Source: the human T2T-CHM13v2.0 reference genome, Homo sapiens
NCBI RefSeq assembly: GCF_009914755.1
Contig: NC_060925.1
DNA: 64,000 nucleotides
Strand: one strand, 5' to 3'
Shown here in pieces: positions 15,431 through 29,240 of this stretch. The notes beneath the pieces are model-generated. The model did no database searches, had not been told where the DNA came from, and saw only the letters and a program-made list of their open reading frames with translations. How positions within the stretch are numbered: the first letter of the stretch is position 1; each line of letters begins with the position of its first letter. The translations under genes and the position numbers were made by a program.

Positions 15431-18264
15431 ATGCATTCACAAATGGCACAAATAACAGTTAATAATGTTAAGATAGTTGATAATAAATGATATACTTTTT
15501 TGATATTATGCCTAGGCAGTTGATACTAATAACTTGCTCTTTAATAAATCATTCTGAATTATAATGATAAAACATGCAAAAAAACCCAAGAAAGCTTGAA
15601 AACTCTGCTAAGGCCATTATCCTTATGTTGTTCCTCTCTTGAACCATTTTAATTTCTGTGACACAGAAGTCTTTCTTTCCTTCATTTTCCAAGAACAATT
15701 GACTCTGCCTGCCTGGCCTGAGGAAGGCTCCTGGGCATCATTGCTCTGGCAGGTGGTTTTCATTTGCTGTCTAGAGATGCTGGCACTCCTGCAAATTCAG
15801 TTCCCATCTCACTCCCAGCCAGGTCCCCAACACTGCCTGCATCTGATACAATGGCTTGTTACCGCCTGGAATATGTAGTTCTAACAGTAACACAGCCCTC
15901 TTTTTCTTCAGCAACCATCAGAAAAAAGGATTTCTTGGACCATTACATTTCAAAATATATTTTTACATTTCAAATAAATATACTACCTTAAAAATATTTC
16001 TTCTGAAATAAAATATATTGTCCATTTAACCTCTGACAAAGAAGCTGAATTGGAGTGGGACTTCATTGTAAAGCCCTGGCAGCTGCTGCCTAGGTTCAGT
16101 TTCCTAAGCAACCTGGAAACTTAATTAGACCCAAACAACAAGGATGAGTATTTAGAGAAATAAGATTTAGTGGAATCACTATCATCAAGGATCTAAGAAC
16201 CGAGATTATTGAGGGAAAGAAATGTAAAAATGAGGTAAAGCAATCTGATGATTAGAGAAATTAGCTACAGAGCTTTTAAAATAATATTTTTAAAGAACTT
16301 TAATATTTTAAATCATTAGCCTTCAGGTTTTCAGTGGCAGATGAGATTACAAGTATTTAAACAATCAGCTTGAATTGCATTGCTTGAGACAATGTTTGCA
16401 CCAATTAGCTCCTGAAAGTTAAAGAGATATTCCTTTAAGGAATGATCCTTGAATTAGACCTTGGAAAATGGGTAGAATTTGAATATGCAGGTTTATGTAT
16501 ATTTATGATCACAGTTAGTCTGTTTATTCAATTCAAATTCCACATGTATTGTCATCACTGTTTGCTGTTATAACTTCTTATGTCTCCTCCTGCACCATTC
16601 CATTTCCCCACAACCCTTGTAAACACTGGTTCCAGGCAAGGTTAAGGAGTTGTGAAGAATCTAGGTACTCCTATAATTGTTGTTAATTTTTCTAATGCAA
16701 TCTCGCACCATTGCTTATATTACATTGGAAGTCTTAAAATTAAAAGACTTGTAGAGATCAGATTCCAGCACAAACTTCTAATTAATTTACCAATCCTACT
16801 ATTAGCATCTATACAGATATTCAAAGAGATTCTATAACACATCCCATTGAAGAAATTTTCCCAATTCATGCAATAGCCTATTTTGGTATTGAAAAATTCT
16901 AATGTAAAGTCTTCATAATATGAAACCAAAGTTTGCCTCCCTGTGTATTCTTTTTCGTCCCAGTTATACCCTTGAGTCAAAACGAACCCATTTCTCTTTT
17001 ACTGAGCTTTTAATATTTGAAGTCGATGATGTTTCTTATTTTTGTTCTCTTCCCAGACTAATTACAGGATCTCCACTTCTTCCAATCAATCTTAAAGTCT
17101 AAAAAATAAAAGATTTGGAAATCAGAGGTGCATTTCCTTCATCATCAGGTATAAGTATTTTCCTATCATAATTGTTTATTCTTCTCTCAATTTGCTTCCT
17201 AATATTGATTAAAACTGCTTACTATTTTTTATTTGACATAATCTTAAGGTGAAAAACTCCACACTCTTGATGGCCATTTTAATCAATTCACTTCACTGCT
17301 CTGAAAAAAAAATCCAGTAGATGACTTTTTAGGCTTAACCAACCTGGAGAGCACCCAAGCACTTTCCATTGGTGTGGCACAAACTGCACTGATGCACACT
17401 TTACTGAACAGATTCGAGTCTCTGGAATAGCAGATATGTACTATCCACATATAATTTGCTTACTGTAGAGAATAGAAGAGAATGATTGTTCAGTAAAATG
17501 TTTGCTTATATAATCTGTGTGACCAAAATAATTTGCTGTTGGTCCCCATGTATATCTTGCCAATTACCACATCGTATATTTTCCATTTCCCAGTTTTCAT
17601 TTCTGGAATTTATTTCCTATTTTATTGTGTGGCAAATTATCTTTAGTTTCTCAATGACGATTCCTAGAGTCATACAACGTTATAGTCACACATTTGCTCC
17701 AGAAATGCCCTCCGACACTTTGTTTGCTGTCTCTGTTCTTCCGTCTCTCTCCTCATCCTCCCATCTTTCAGTTCCTTTCCTCTGTCTAGAGCATGCTAAA
17801 AATAGTTCATCTCAAAATTGTTTAAGAAAATAAGAAGCAGGTTATAAGGTTATTGAGGCATGTGGCCATGAGTCAAAAAAGTCCCACTCGGGTGACAAAT
17901 ATAATGATCTCTAAATATAATTATTACTGAGAGTAATGTCTTCTCTGTGTATATTATCACATAAGAGTGCCTTGGTTTAAGGCTGTCAAGTGCTCAAGCA
18001 CCCAAGTTCTCTGAGCTTTGAACTGTCAGAATTTAAGATTGGAAAATACATTAGAGATTATTTGTTACAAGCCCACCTTAGTTACTTTCAGAAAACAAGA
18101 TGGATCCAAATGAATCCATAGCTCAATGTATTCAATTTAGCAACTTTTTTACTATACCACATTGCCTTGCTGATGCAAAACAATTGCAGAACCTCCAACT
18201 ATGTCCATCTTTCTGTCTGCCTATCTCTCTTTTCATTTCTCTCTCATTTCCATTTCCAGTGAAT

Positions 18265-18497
18265 CTGGCATGTATGATTAAAATAATAGGCTCTGGGTTC
18301 AAATCTTGTCTCCATCATTTATTAACCTCAGGAATGTCAATGCAATTCTTCAAGCTTCAGTTTCCTAATTTATGAAGTAGAGATAATATCCAAATTATAG
18401 AGGTGTGGTGGACTATTAAACAAGATGACTCATAATGATTTTAGCACAGTATCTATCAGATAAGTGCTTCTCAGATGTTAGACATTTTTATTATTAA
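18265..18497 (+). mobile_element. MIR
   Basis: gggttcaaatcttgtctccatcattt...gcttcagtttcctaatttatgaagtagagataata core. Confidence 0.75.
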
Positions 18498-19169
18498 TAT
18501 AAATAATGCACACTTACTATAAAAAATGTGGAAAGGCTAGGAAAAATAAGGTTAAACTATCAAAATGGCTAGTAATCACTCGATTTAAAGATAATCACTG
18601 TTAATATACATACACATGTATACATAGAGAATATCACATGTACTATGTTCAAACATATTTGTGTATTATAATTTTCTATAGTTGATTTCACAGAATAGAA
18701 TGAAACTAACATAATTTGCTAAACATAAATTTCTTTCAAGTAGTTTTGTTAGTTCCTAATATTATCTTCATCCTGAAAAATCTAAAAATGAATCAGGGAA
18801 ACCTGAACTTGATGATTTTGTTATCAGCTTCAGGCTGAATATTGAGAACGGGAAATAATAAAGTGAGGAATAAACATTTACCTTTAAATTGTACTTCTTA
18901 TAAAGATTTTCAAGCCTTTTATAATTACGACGTCTCATTAACCTTTTAAAGAAACTGGTGTTATGGTGTGGCACATCTTTAGTGTAGTGTAAAGTTAGAC
19001 TAATCCAGAAAGAACCACTGAGATCCTGTGTATCTACCTAGAAAACCATACTACATAAGGCAGTGATGAGTTTTGAGAAGTTGTGTGGTTTAAAATTTCT
19101 TAGACCCTTCCCTGACCACATCGTGTGTTTGGTTCCTTAGATACTGACTTCGTTTTCTTAATCTTTGCC

Positions 19170-19480
19170 CTACTCATTCACGCATTCATTTATTTACTTA
19201 TTCTATGTTTGCTGAGTATCTACTATGCACTCAATATTATGCTAAAGAGACTGAGGCTAAAAATATTAATAAGAGAACTTCACTGTGATAAGAAGTTGTA
19301 GTTCAGCCAAGGCGATGAAATGAAGAGAAAGTTTTCGTGCACTGTGATAAGCACAATGAAAGGAAGCAAAGGAGACCATAGCAACCTGCAGATAGAGATC
19401 TATGTTCGACATGGAAGTCGTCAAAAAGGGTCCATGAAGGACATGACATCAAAGTTAAGTTTAGTCTTAAACAATGTTTA
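19170..19480 (-). mobile_element. L2 3' end
   Basis: cattcatttattt...ctgagtatctactatgcac. Confidence 0.6.
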
Positions 19481-20869
19481 GAAGCCATGCCCTTATTCAT
19501 GGTCTGTGTGACCTGGAATACTTATGCTTAATACAGAAGATCTCTTAGCCTCAATTGCTGCATAAATTTGTTGTAGGAGTTAATGTAGCATCTGTAAATA
19601 GTAGATATTCAATAAAAGTTAGTTCCCTTTTTACTATTATTATGTTTCTTTCTCACTTTATTTTGTGTCCATAAATATTATTTGTTCTCTACCTAATTGT
19701 CAAGTAATGTTCTTCTATGAAAATATTTTATAACTTTGGAGATAGGACACAAATTTAATATCTGTGAAAAGGATTGTGTTTATTTGAGGGTAGCAGAAGA
19801 CTTGTAAACACCCAGGAATATTGACAAGGAAGTAAAAAATAAGTCTAGCACGTCACTCAATCCAGATGTTCCACTGGCAGTTGTGTAGTCATCTGTCACT
19901 TTCCTTAGCCATAACTTGCTCCTAATTTAAGAGACAATGTTATTCAGTGTTATGTTTTTAAAGGTATCTTTCTCTTAAACATCCCTTAAGTCACTCATGT
20001 TTTGAGAGTGATGTATCTACCTTAATAAAAATAAAACTCTAATGGGTAAAAAAAAAAAAAAGTGAGTTGAGAAAGCTATCAACATTTCAGAACAACATGA
20101 TTCATGGTACTCAAAAATAGAAGAAACTTATAAATGAGTGTAAGGAAAGTAATTACTTGATATTCAATTTGATCTCCCATCTTTGCAAATGGCTGTTCCA
20201 AGTTCTGTTCCAAAATGGTGTCAGGGCTTCGCTGCTGTCATCAATTGCCATCAGCACTGCCTTTAACTGACATAATCACTGATTGTTACAATTAGTGCCC
20301 ATTAGTAGAGAGTAAAATTAGAGTCTCAGTCATATAGAATTGCCCATTATGTCCATAGAATACACAAAGTTCATCACTTATGATTAACATTACCAGAGAG
20401 AATTCAAAGGAAATTATGAAAGACCTGTCACTTTATAATGCTGCCAGATGTGAATATCAGAGATGATATACCAACTGTCAAAACTCAATGTTCTGCTATA
20501 GAACACCCAGATTTTTAGATTTTTAGGTACAAAAATATGAAGAATTAGAAAAACAATGTGTTTAGTGGACGGGAACTTTGAGGGGACCAATAGACAAGGT
20601 ACATTGTTGAATAACAGAAAAATATATAGAATACATTTGATATAGTTAGGTCCCTTTATAAAATTATTTGCTTTTTTATCGGTTTTAATTTATAAGCCAA
20701 AAGAAGTGTCAAACCAATTGTGAAAAAGGCCAAAGTGAACATAGTTTTTAACCCGACATTTTAATTACAAAAGAAATTAGCCAGTTGTACCATTCTTATT
20801 ACAATGATTGTTAACACTCCACTCTAAATAAATACATTTTAGATAGAAGGCAGAGAAGTTAAGACAAAA

Positions 20870-21005
20870 TATGTGATGCCTGGAGCTCCAGCCTCCATCT
20901 TAGGTCATGCGGTGACCTTGAGGCTGTAATCTGCTCGGATGGTAGAGCAGAAAGGCAGAAGCAGCCCAAGTCCTCATTTACTGTGGAGCTACCATTCCAG
21001 CAGTC
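20870..21005 (+). mobile_element. MLT1J/K-like LTR fragment
   Basis: ctggagctccagcctccatcttaggtcatgcggtgaccttgagg...gatggtagagcagaaag. Confidence 0.6.
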
Positions 21006-21294
21006 TGTTCATCAAATGCAAATTATATGACTAACCACTGGGAATATTAAGATAATAAGAGAAAAAATTTCCACTGTGTAGACATCAATACCTATGGAAT
21101 ACCATATATGTTTCAACAAGGTGACATCAACTCAATATATATTTCAAACATTTTTATGAGATATTTGTTATAAAAATTATAAGCCTGAATATATAGTATA
21201 AAGATTTCCATCCTGTTCCTAGAAGTACCTACTTTTAAGTTACATGTCTATCTTTTCTGGCATTTTCTATGCACATAAAAGCATTTATATATTT

Positions 21295-22350
21295 TATTTC
21301 TTTATTTATAATATATATTTAATTGCACATAACAATGATACTTATTTATGGGGTATAGTGTGATATTTTGATACACATATACAATGTGTGACAATCGAAC
21401 TAGGAGAATTAGCACATCCATCACTTGAAATATTTTATCATCTATTTGTGTTGGTAACATTCAAAATCTGCTCTTCTAGCTATTTGAAAAAATACAACAA
21501 ATTATTGTTTAACATAGTCACCTGACAATGCTATAGAATACTATACCATTGCTCCTATCTAGCTGTAATTTTATATTAGTTAACCAATCTCTTCCTGTAT
21601 CCCACCTCCTTATATCTTTCCCAGCCTCTAGTAACCACTCTTCTACTTTCTGTTTCCATGAGGTCAAGTTTTTTAGCTTGCACACAGGAGCGAGATCATG
21701 CAGCATTTTTCTTTCTGTGCCTGACATTTCACTTAACATAATGTTCTCCAGTTCCATCCATGTTGCTGCAAATTACAAGATTTCAGTCTTTTTTATGTCT
21801 GAATAATATTCCATTGTGTACATATATCACACTTTTTTATCCATTCATCTGTTGATGAACACTTAGGCTAATTCCGTATCTTGGCTATTGTGAATAGTGC
21901 TACAATGAAAAAATAGGAGTTCTGATATCCCTTCAACATATTGACTTCCTTTCTTCTGGATATATAACCAGTAGTGGAATTTCTGGGATATAGAGTAGTT
22001 CTATTTTTAGCTTTCTGCAGAATCTCCACACTGTTTTCCATAATCACTGTACTAACTTACATTCCCACTACCAGTGTATAAATGTTCCCTTTTCTCTGCA
22101 TCTTCACCAGCATTTATAATGTTTTTGTCTTTTTGATAATAGCCATGCTTACTGGGATGAGATGGTGGCTCATTGTGAATTTGATTTTCATTTCCCTGAT
22201 GAGCAGTGATATTGAGCACTTTTTTCATATATTTGTTGGCCATTTTTATGTCTTCTTTTGAGAAATGTCTATTCTAAAACTGGGTTATTTGTTTCTTTAC
22301 TGTTGTTTGAGCCTTTTGTATATTCTGTACATTAATGTCTTATTGAATTC
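21295..22350 (-). mobile_element. L1MA-type 3' end (5'-truncated)
   Basis: Minus ORFs MELENIMLSEMS and MANKYMKK...[12 protein letters not shown] (ORF2 C-terminus); L1MA 3'UTR. Confidence 0.88.
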
Positions 22351-23239
22351 TCTTTATTTTTCAATAGATGTTGTATCGTAATATTTTACTGCCACTTACC
22401 TTTCTCATCACTTTTGTATCCTATTTTACATCACTAGTATTGATATTCTTTCATATATCATGGCACATGGTATATTTAATTTTACAAACATATGAATTTA
22501 AACTATAATCTACTTATGAAAATAAATGTTTATGAAACATGATAAGTGAAAGAATATCAATAAACTACATTTCACCATTAAACTACATTTTTTCATTACA
22601 CCAGAGAGTGATGCATTAAATATTCTTATATGTTTATCTGTTTGTAGATATTTAGAATAAGGTTCTAGAAATAAGATTCCTAGGTTACATTTTCAAATGT
22701 TGAAGTTAGTATACATTTATATCTACATCTACATCTTATCTATTCAAATTGCCTTCCAAAATGTTTGCTTTTATTAACATTCCCAACACCACGCAACGGA
22801 GCATTACCAAACTTTTAAATCCTCACCATGGATATAAATGTCCATGGATGAACATTTAGATCTTTTCCACTTTAAGGTTATTATAAATAATGTTGCTGCA
22901 AACATTTGTGTATGAGTTTTTGTGTGGACATATGTTTTAGAAATCAGTGGATTTTATATATTGATCCTGTATCCTACAACCTTGATGAGCTCATTTATTG
23001 AACTTTAATAGATTGCTTCTCTGTGGAATTCTTATGCTTATCCATGTACAAGATCATGCCATCTGTGAATAGAGATAAGAGATAATTGATTTTTTCTTTT
23101 CTGATATTGTTGCCATCTCTTATCTTTCTTTCTTTCTTCCCCCCGCCCCAACCCCAACCCCACCCCCTGGCTTTTTCACTTATGCCATAGAAGTTCAATA
23201 TTGGGCAGAAGTTTCAAAACAGACATCCTTGTTGGTCCT

Positions 23240-23571
23240 TGCCTTAGTTCAGGTTGCTATGACAGAACACCATAGACTGGATAGCTTAAACAGCAAACAT
23301 TTATTTCTCACAATTCTGAGAGCTTGGAAGTTCAAGGTCAGGGTGCTAGCAGATTTGGTATCTGCTGGGAGCCTTCTTTGTGTTTTGCAGACAGCCATCT
23401 TCTCACGGCTTCATACAGTGGAGAGAGAGCAGAGAGAAAGCCAGCTCTTTCATGCTTCATCTTATAAAGACACTGATCTAATTGTGAGGGCCCATCTCCA
23501 ACACCATTACATTGGGCATTAGGGTTTTAATATATAAATTTTGGAATGGAAAAAACACTAATTTCATAGAA
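23240..23571 (-). mobile_element. MLT1A-like solo LTR
   Basis: tgccttagttcaggttgctatgacagaacaccatagactgg...; perfect 5-bp TSD gtcct (23235-23239, 23572-23576). Confidence 0.88.
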
Positions 23572-23789
23572 GTCCTTACTTAAGTTGGAAAGCATTCAAT
23601 TATTCCCCATTAATTATGTTAGTTGTGGGGATTTGGTATATGCCCCTTACTGGGTTGAGAAAGTTTCCTACCATTCCTATTTTGTTGAGTGTGTTTAGCA
23701 TGAAAGTTTATTGGATTTTGACAAAAGCATCTATTGAGATGACTGTGTGAAGTTTGATTTTTATTTGATTAATATTAATATATTCTTAC

Positions 23790-24121
<332 letters not shown>

Positions 24122-25367
24122 TTCTTACATTAATTTTTAGATGATAAAACAATCTCACATTCCTGAGATACATTCTACTTGGTCACAGTGTACATTCCAA
24201 CACATTTTATGTGTTGGCCGTATTCATTTTGTCAATACTTTGTTAAAGACTGTGTTTATCTATTTGCAAAGAGTAATAATGTATAGCGTTCTTTTATATT
24301 AATGTTTTTCTCTGCTTTTGTTATCTCAGTAATCTTAATCGCATGAAATGAATTGAAAAGCGTTCCATCCTCTTATAATTTTTGGTAGAGTTTGTAAACA
24401 GTTAATATTGATTCATCTTTAAATTTTTTGTTAGAAATCATGATTAAAGTCACCTTAGCTTGGGCTCTTGTTTGTTGGAGGTTTTAAATTATTAATTTAA
24501 GCTCTTTACTTGTTTATGTCTGATAAAATAATCAATTTTTTCTTAAGTCAATTCTGGTGGTTTCTATCTTTCTAGCAAAGTGTACATTCCACCTACGTTA
24601 TCTAATTGGTTGGCATACCATTGTTCATAATAATCTCTTATCCTTTTTTACTTCCATAAATGAGGACTGTGCTCATTTGTATGCTCCACATGTTTGAAAT
24701 TCTGAGACTGTAACCCTTTTTGCTTCTTTCTTTATAACAACACTAAATCAATGCTGCTAATTATACAGATTTTATTGAAGAATTGTGGTGAACTGTAGGC
24801 AATTAGAGTTCAGGCATAAAATAACTTCAATTTGAATTTCAGATAGACTTCCTATAAATTCTATGAATCAGAATATCAGAGTTTAAAAACTGGTTTTATC
24901 CCTTATTTGCTGAGGAGTTTTAAATAATAATGATGGTGAGCACTCTTCTTGTGTCCTTATTCTGAATGTGATTGCTTCTATTATGTCACCATTAAATATG
25001 GTGTTACATTTCTATTTGAAACATTATCAAGTTTTTTTCAATTTTTTTGTGATCTAATTCTTCTGGTTTGATGTTAATAGTTTTCTTTCTTGGCTCTTGA
25101 ATCTTGGAGTTCAGTAACTTCTCACACCGTGTTAACTCGTCCTTTTGATGTAGAGTTTCAGTTCTTTCTTGACTCTAAGAAAGCCAATTATATAAATACT
25201 GCATCTCCACTTTATCTCTCCTACTTATATAATTTTGTGCTTTTTGCTCTTATCTATTTTGGTTTATATCATTTTACCAAGTCATATTTTATGACTTCTA
25301 CTCTTTTAGGCAACATCTATTCTAATTCTGAATACTTCTAATGTGATTTTCATTTTCATAACTAAAT

Positions 25368-25404
<37 letters not shown>

Positions 25405-25418
25405 CACACACACACACA
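25368..25418. repeat. Interrupted (CA)n microsatellite
   Basis: Seen directly. Confidence 0.9.
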
Positions 25419-25781
25419 TTTTTTCCCTTTTCTCTTTCTTTCTTTCTTTCTTTCTTTTACTTGGCCAAAGTATTTTTAACAAATTCTGTTGCCTTATTTT
25501 TCTACTTGAGTGCTTACATTTCTTCTTTGCCTGAGACAATGCACTTTATAATTTATTTTTATATAAGAAATGTGTATATTTCTTATGCAATTCTTGTCAT
25601 AAATTGTGTCTTCAAGTCACTTTTTTATTGTTTAAAATAATTGCTTTGCATAGACTAACATTGGATACTTTTGCATATTAATTCTCTTTAGAAAGGAAAA
25701 TGATATTTAAGCTGACCAGTGGAGATGAGTTGAAAAAAAAAATGAGCTGGGAAGGTCATCTGTTCAATTCAAGTAAAATCC

Positions 25782-25815
<34 letters not shown>
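25782..25815. repeat. (TA)n microsatellite
   Basis: Seen directly. Confidence 0.9.
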
Positions 25816-26479
25816 AAATCTCTTATATATTTCAATCTTGGTGAACAACTCTTCCAAGCTTGCCAAGCTTACTTCTTGAGATTAATAAGCTATCCTGGTA
25901 AAATGACTGCATAATATACTCAGAATTTTTTTGTTTGTTTTATCAGTTTGTATTTATCTCTGTTCAGCTGACTTTTGCCAACAAGTGTTATTTACTGTGC
26001 TCTCTTTATAAATGTTTTACCATTATGTGTTTTGTTTGTTTGGTTTTCTTCTTTTTGATGGGGAAGATGGCGGTGCATAGAAACACAGAAAAATTATTCC
26101 ATTAATTTCCTTCCATCTTGCTTTTTTCCGGGTGGGAGAGTGTTTTGCTAGGAAGACTTCTCTTTTGCCCACCTTTGATACCTATGCATACACATATTTC
26201 TCATCTTGCCAAGGAAACTATCATTATTTGCATCTTTCAAGGCTTTCAAACTTATGAAGAAGGCTGCACCAGGACTGAGTAGTATGAGTTGGTTGACAGG
26301 GTGCCTTCATTTTAGTCTTCATCCTATTTGGCAGATATGTTTACTTTTTTTCTAGAAAATAAATTCTTCTTCTTTTTTCAATCTTTTTTGTTTTTTATGG
26401 AGTAAGTTTCAGGGCATGGTGTGGAATAAACATTTTGCTCCACTGTCATTTATCACCAGTCTTAAAAATAGGACATTTT

Positions 26480-26813
26480 CCTTTGCAGGGGACGTGGATG
26501 AAGCTGGAAACCATCATCCTCAGCAAACTAACACAGGAACAGAAAACCAAACACCGCATGTTCTCACTCATAAGTGGGAGTTGAACCATAAGAACACATG
26601 GACACAGGGAGGAGAACATCACACATCGGGGCCTGTTGCGAGGCGGAGGGAAAGGGAAGGAAAGCATTAGGACAAATACCTAATGCATGTGGGGCTTAAA
26701 ACATAGATGATGGGTTGACAGGTGCAGCAAACCACCATGGCACATGTATACCTATGTAATAAACCTGCACGTTCAGCACATGGATCCCAGAACTTAAAGT
26801 AAAATTTTAAAAA
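26480..26813 (+). mobile_element. L1PA7/8-like 3' end (heavily 5'-truncated)
   Basis: ggatgaagctggaaaccatcatcctcagcaaactaac...cccagaacttaaagtaaaa; TSD aggacatttt (26470-26479, 26814-26823). Confidence 0.92.
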
Positions 26814-29059
26814 AGGACATTTTAATACAATATTACACAGAAATAAAATCATTCATCTATTACCTAGATTGTCAAGCAAAAATTGTGATATATTTGGATA
26901 TATTGTATCAAAATAACAAATTTTTAGTCCTGAGTTTCATATAAGAGAAGAAATATTTCAAAGGATAACCCTTAGTGGAAAAGATCTTTCTTTTCCCCTG
27001 CCGTTGAAAACATAGTGCTTGAAAGCTATAGTGTATCTCATCTTATAACATGGCTATGATGAGAAGTTTAAGGTAATTATAATACACATACATGTCAGGT
27101 TGTCTTTGACCCCCAGGTTTCAACTTTATTAAAACGGAAACCCAGATATTTTCTGAGAAAAAAATCTGCCTTGTAATTTGATGAATCGACCATTGTGTGG
27201 GTTAATAAATATTCTAGGCTTGATTTGTGATAAGTCTTCTTCATTTTTTGACTTCTGTGAGGTTTGGCCACCACTAAATCTCACTAGGTTTCTTCTGGGG
27301 GAAGTTAGGCCTGCCTTCCTCAGAACCTTCTGCTCTTGTCAGCGAGTCTTCTTCATTCAGTATTCATCCATGACATTGTTTAGGAAGGGTCAGTAGTCTG
27401 AGACTTTATCTGTTTGACCCAAGCAAGAGATTGTCAGATCAGAAAAAACAGCCACAGCCCCTTGTCACTGCTCTGGTCATAAGTTTATAGTTCAGGCTTC
27501 TCTTTGCAAAGGATCATCAACATCAACATGTTGTTTCCAGGGTCATAAATTTGCAATGTGATGAGACATAACCAGATGTTGCCAAACGTGAATTGACTCA
27601 TAAAGCAGCCTCTCTCCTGCTCTGTCTTTCTTCCCAACTCAGAGAAGCTGGTGGTCCATTTAATTCTTCATATCTAGCTTGGGGGGCTTGATGGTCCAGA
27701 ATGAAGTCAATCATTTTCAGTACCAATTATATTTTTCAAGCTGAATACTGGTGTGGTCATTAGCACCTACCCCACAGATATTTTCTGTGACTTGAACTCC
27801 TGAATAGAATTTACTGCCATTCTTGGACAGACTTTTGTTTTATCTTTTAGTTGTTGCAATGGTGGCTGTTGTTATGCTGGTGTTCTTTGTATACAGCGAT
27901 GGGAGAAAATGACATGTCAATCTACAGTCCTTGCTCCCACCCAACATGTATGGCTTGATTTTACATGATTCCAATTATTTCAAATGTGTTAGGACTTGTT
28001 TTAATGCCCTAAGATACAGTAAATTTCAATCAATGTTCCAGAAAGTTGTTCTAGATACAGCAAATTTTTGAAGTTGTTTGGGTTTTTGCACATTCCCCAG
28101 CATTTCAAAGATTTTAAAAAGTTGAAGCAACTTAGGCCATGGAAGTTAAGCAAATCATACAAGCTCAGACCATTTGTTACTCAAATCCAAGGCTCCAGAC
28201 TTCTGCTTGGGTGTGTCATTGCACTTCTTTAGGAAACCAATAGTTTATAACCTGGACATAGTAAAAATGTGTAATTGTAATCCTAGCCCTGTAGATATAA
28301 AGCTAGGTTAAATTTAAAGCAAAGTTCATTCGAAGTAAAAATAGACTTTAAAAGTCAGGTGTTCTAAGCCTTCATGGTAGATTATTGTTTTTCTAAATTC
28401 TAGTTTTCTATTTTATAAAACTAGAATCATAGTAACAATATATCACTGTATCATAATATTATTTGTAAAGCACATCGATTAGGAGTCCTCATAAAAAGTC
28501 CTTTGAATTATCTATGAAAAAGGTCTATAATGTTATCTAACTTACAATTTTATGTCAGAATTTTTTTTTATTCTTTTCTGTTCGTTCTTACTCTTGGTGG
28601 CATGATTAGGGTTGTTTCAGTAGCAATTGGCTATTCTTTTATGACCAGCAGAGTTAGGAAAGAGTACAAGAGAAAAATAGCTGACATAAGAATCAAGCAT
28701 CTTTAAGTAAAGTAAGAATTCTACGCCACTTCAATTTTTCAGAAAAAAAAATGCTAACAAGTGATTTATATATTCTGCATTGGTAATTGTTATTGTTTTA
28801 TTTTATATTATTTATGTTTTTCTTAATTTAAGACTCTTTTACTTCTGCAGGTATGTTTTCTTTAAATAAAGCATCGATTTTGGGAGTTCTTGTTTTCTTC
28901 AGATTAAAATCTAAAAATGGTCTTTATTCTGTAATTTTAGTTTTTCTCAGTACCTGAAAAAATTAAATCCAAATTTTATATTTCAGCAATCATTCTTACC
29001 TGCAGTTTACAATAAAGTGTGAATACTCTTTATTTGTTTGTTTGTGTTAGTTATTAGAC

Positions 29060-29240
29060 ACAACCTTAAAAATCATACGGGAGATTGGCTTTCAGTATTT
29101 ACATTCAACTAATTTTGAAGAATACAGGAATCCATGCCCATCCCTATAGATTGTGATTTAATTTATTTCTATCCAGGCATAGGTACTTTACAAAAGCTCA
29201 CAAGTCATTGCAATGTGTAGCTAGGAATGAGAACCATTAA
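29060..29240. mobile_element. MER5-like hAT-Charlie relic
   Basis: aaaagctcacaagtcattgcaatgtgtagctaggaatgagaaccatt resembles the MER5A terminus. Confidence 0.5.
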
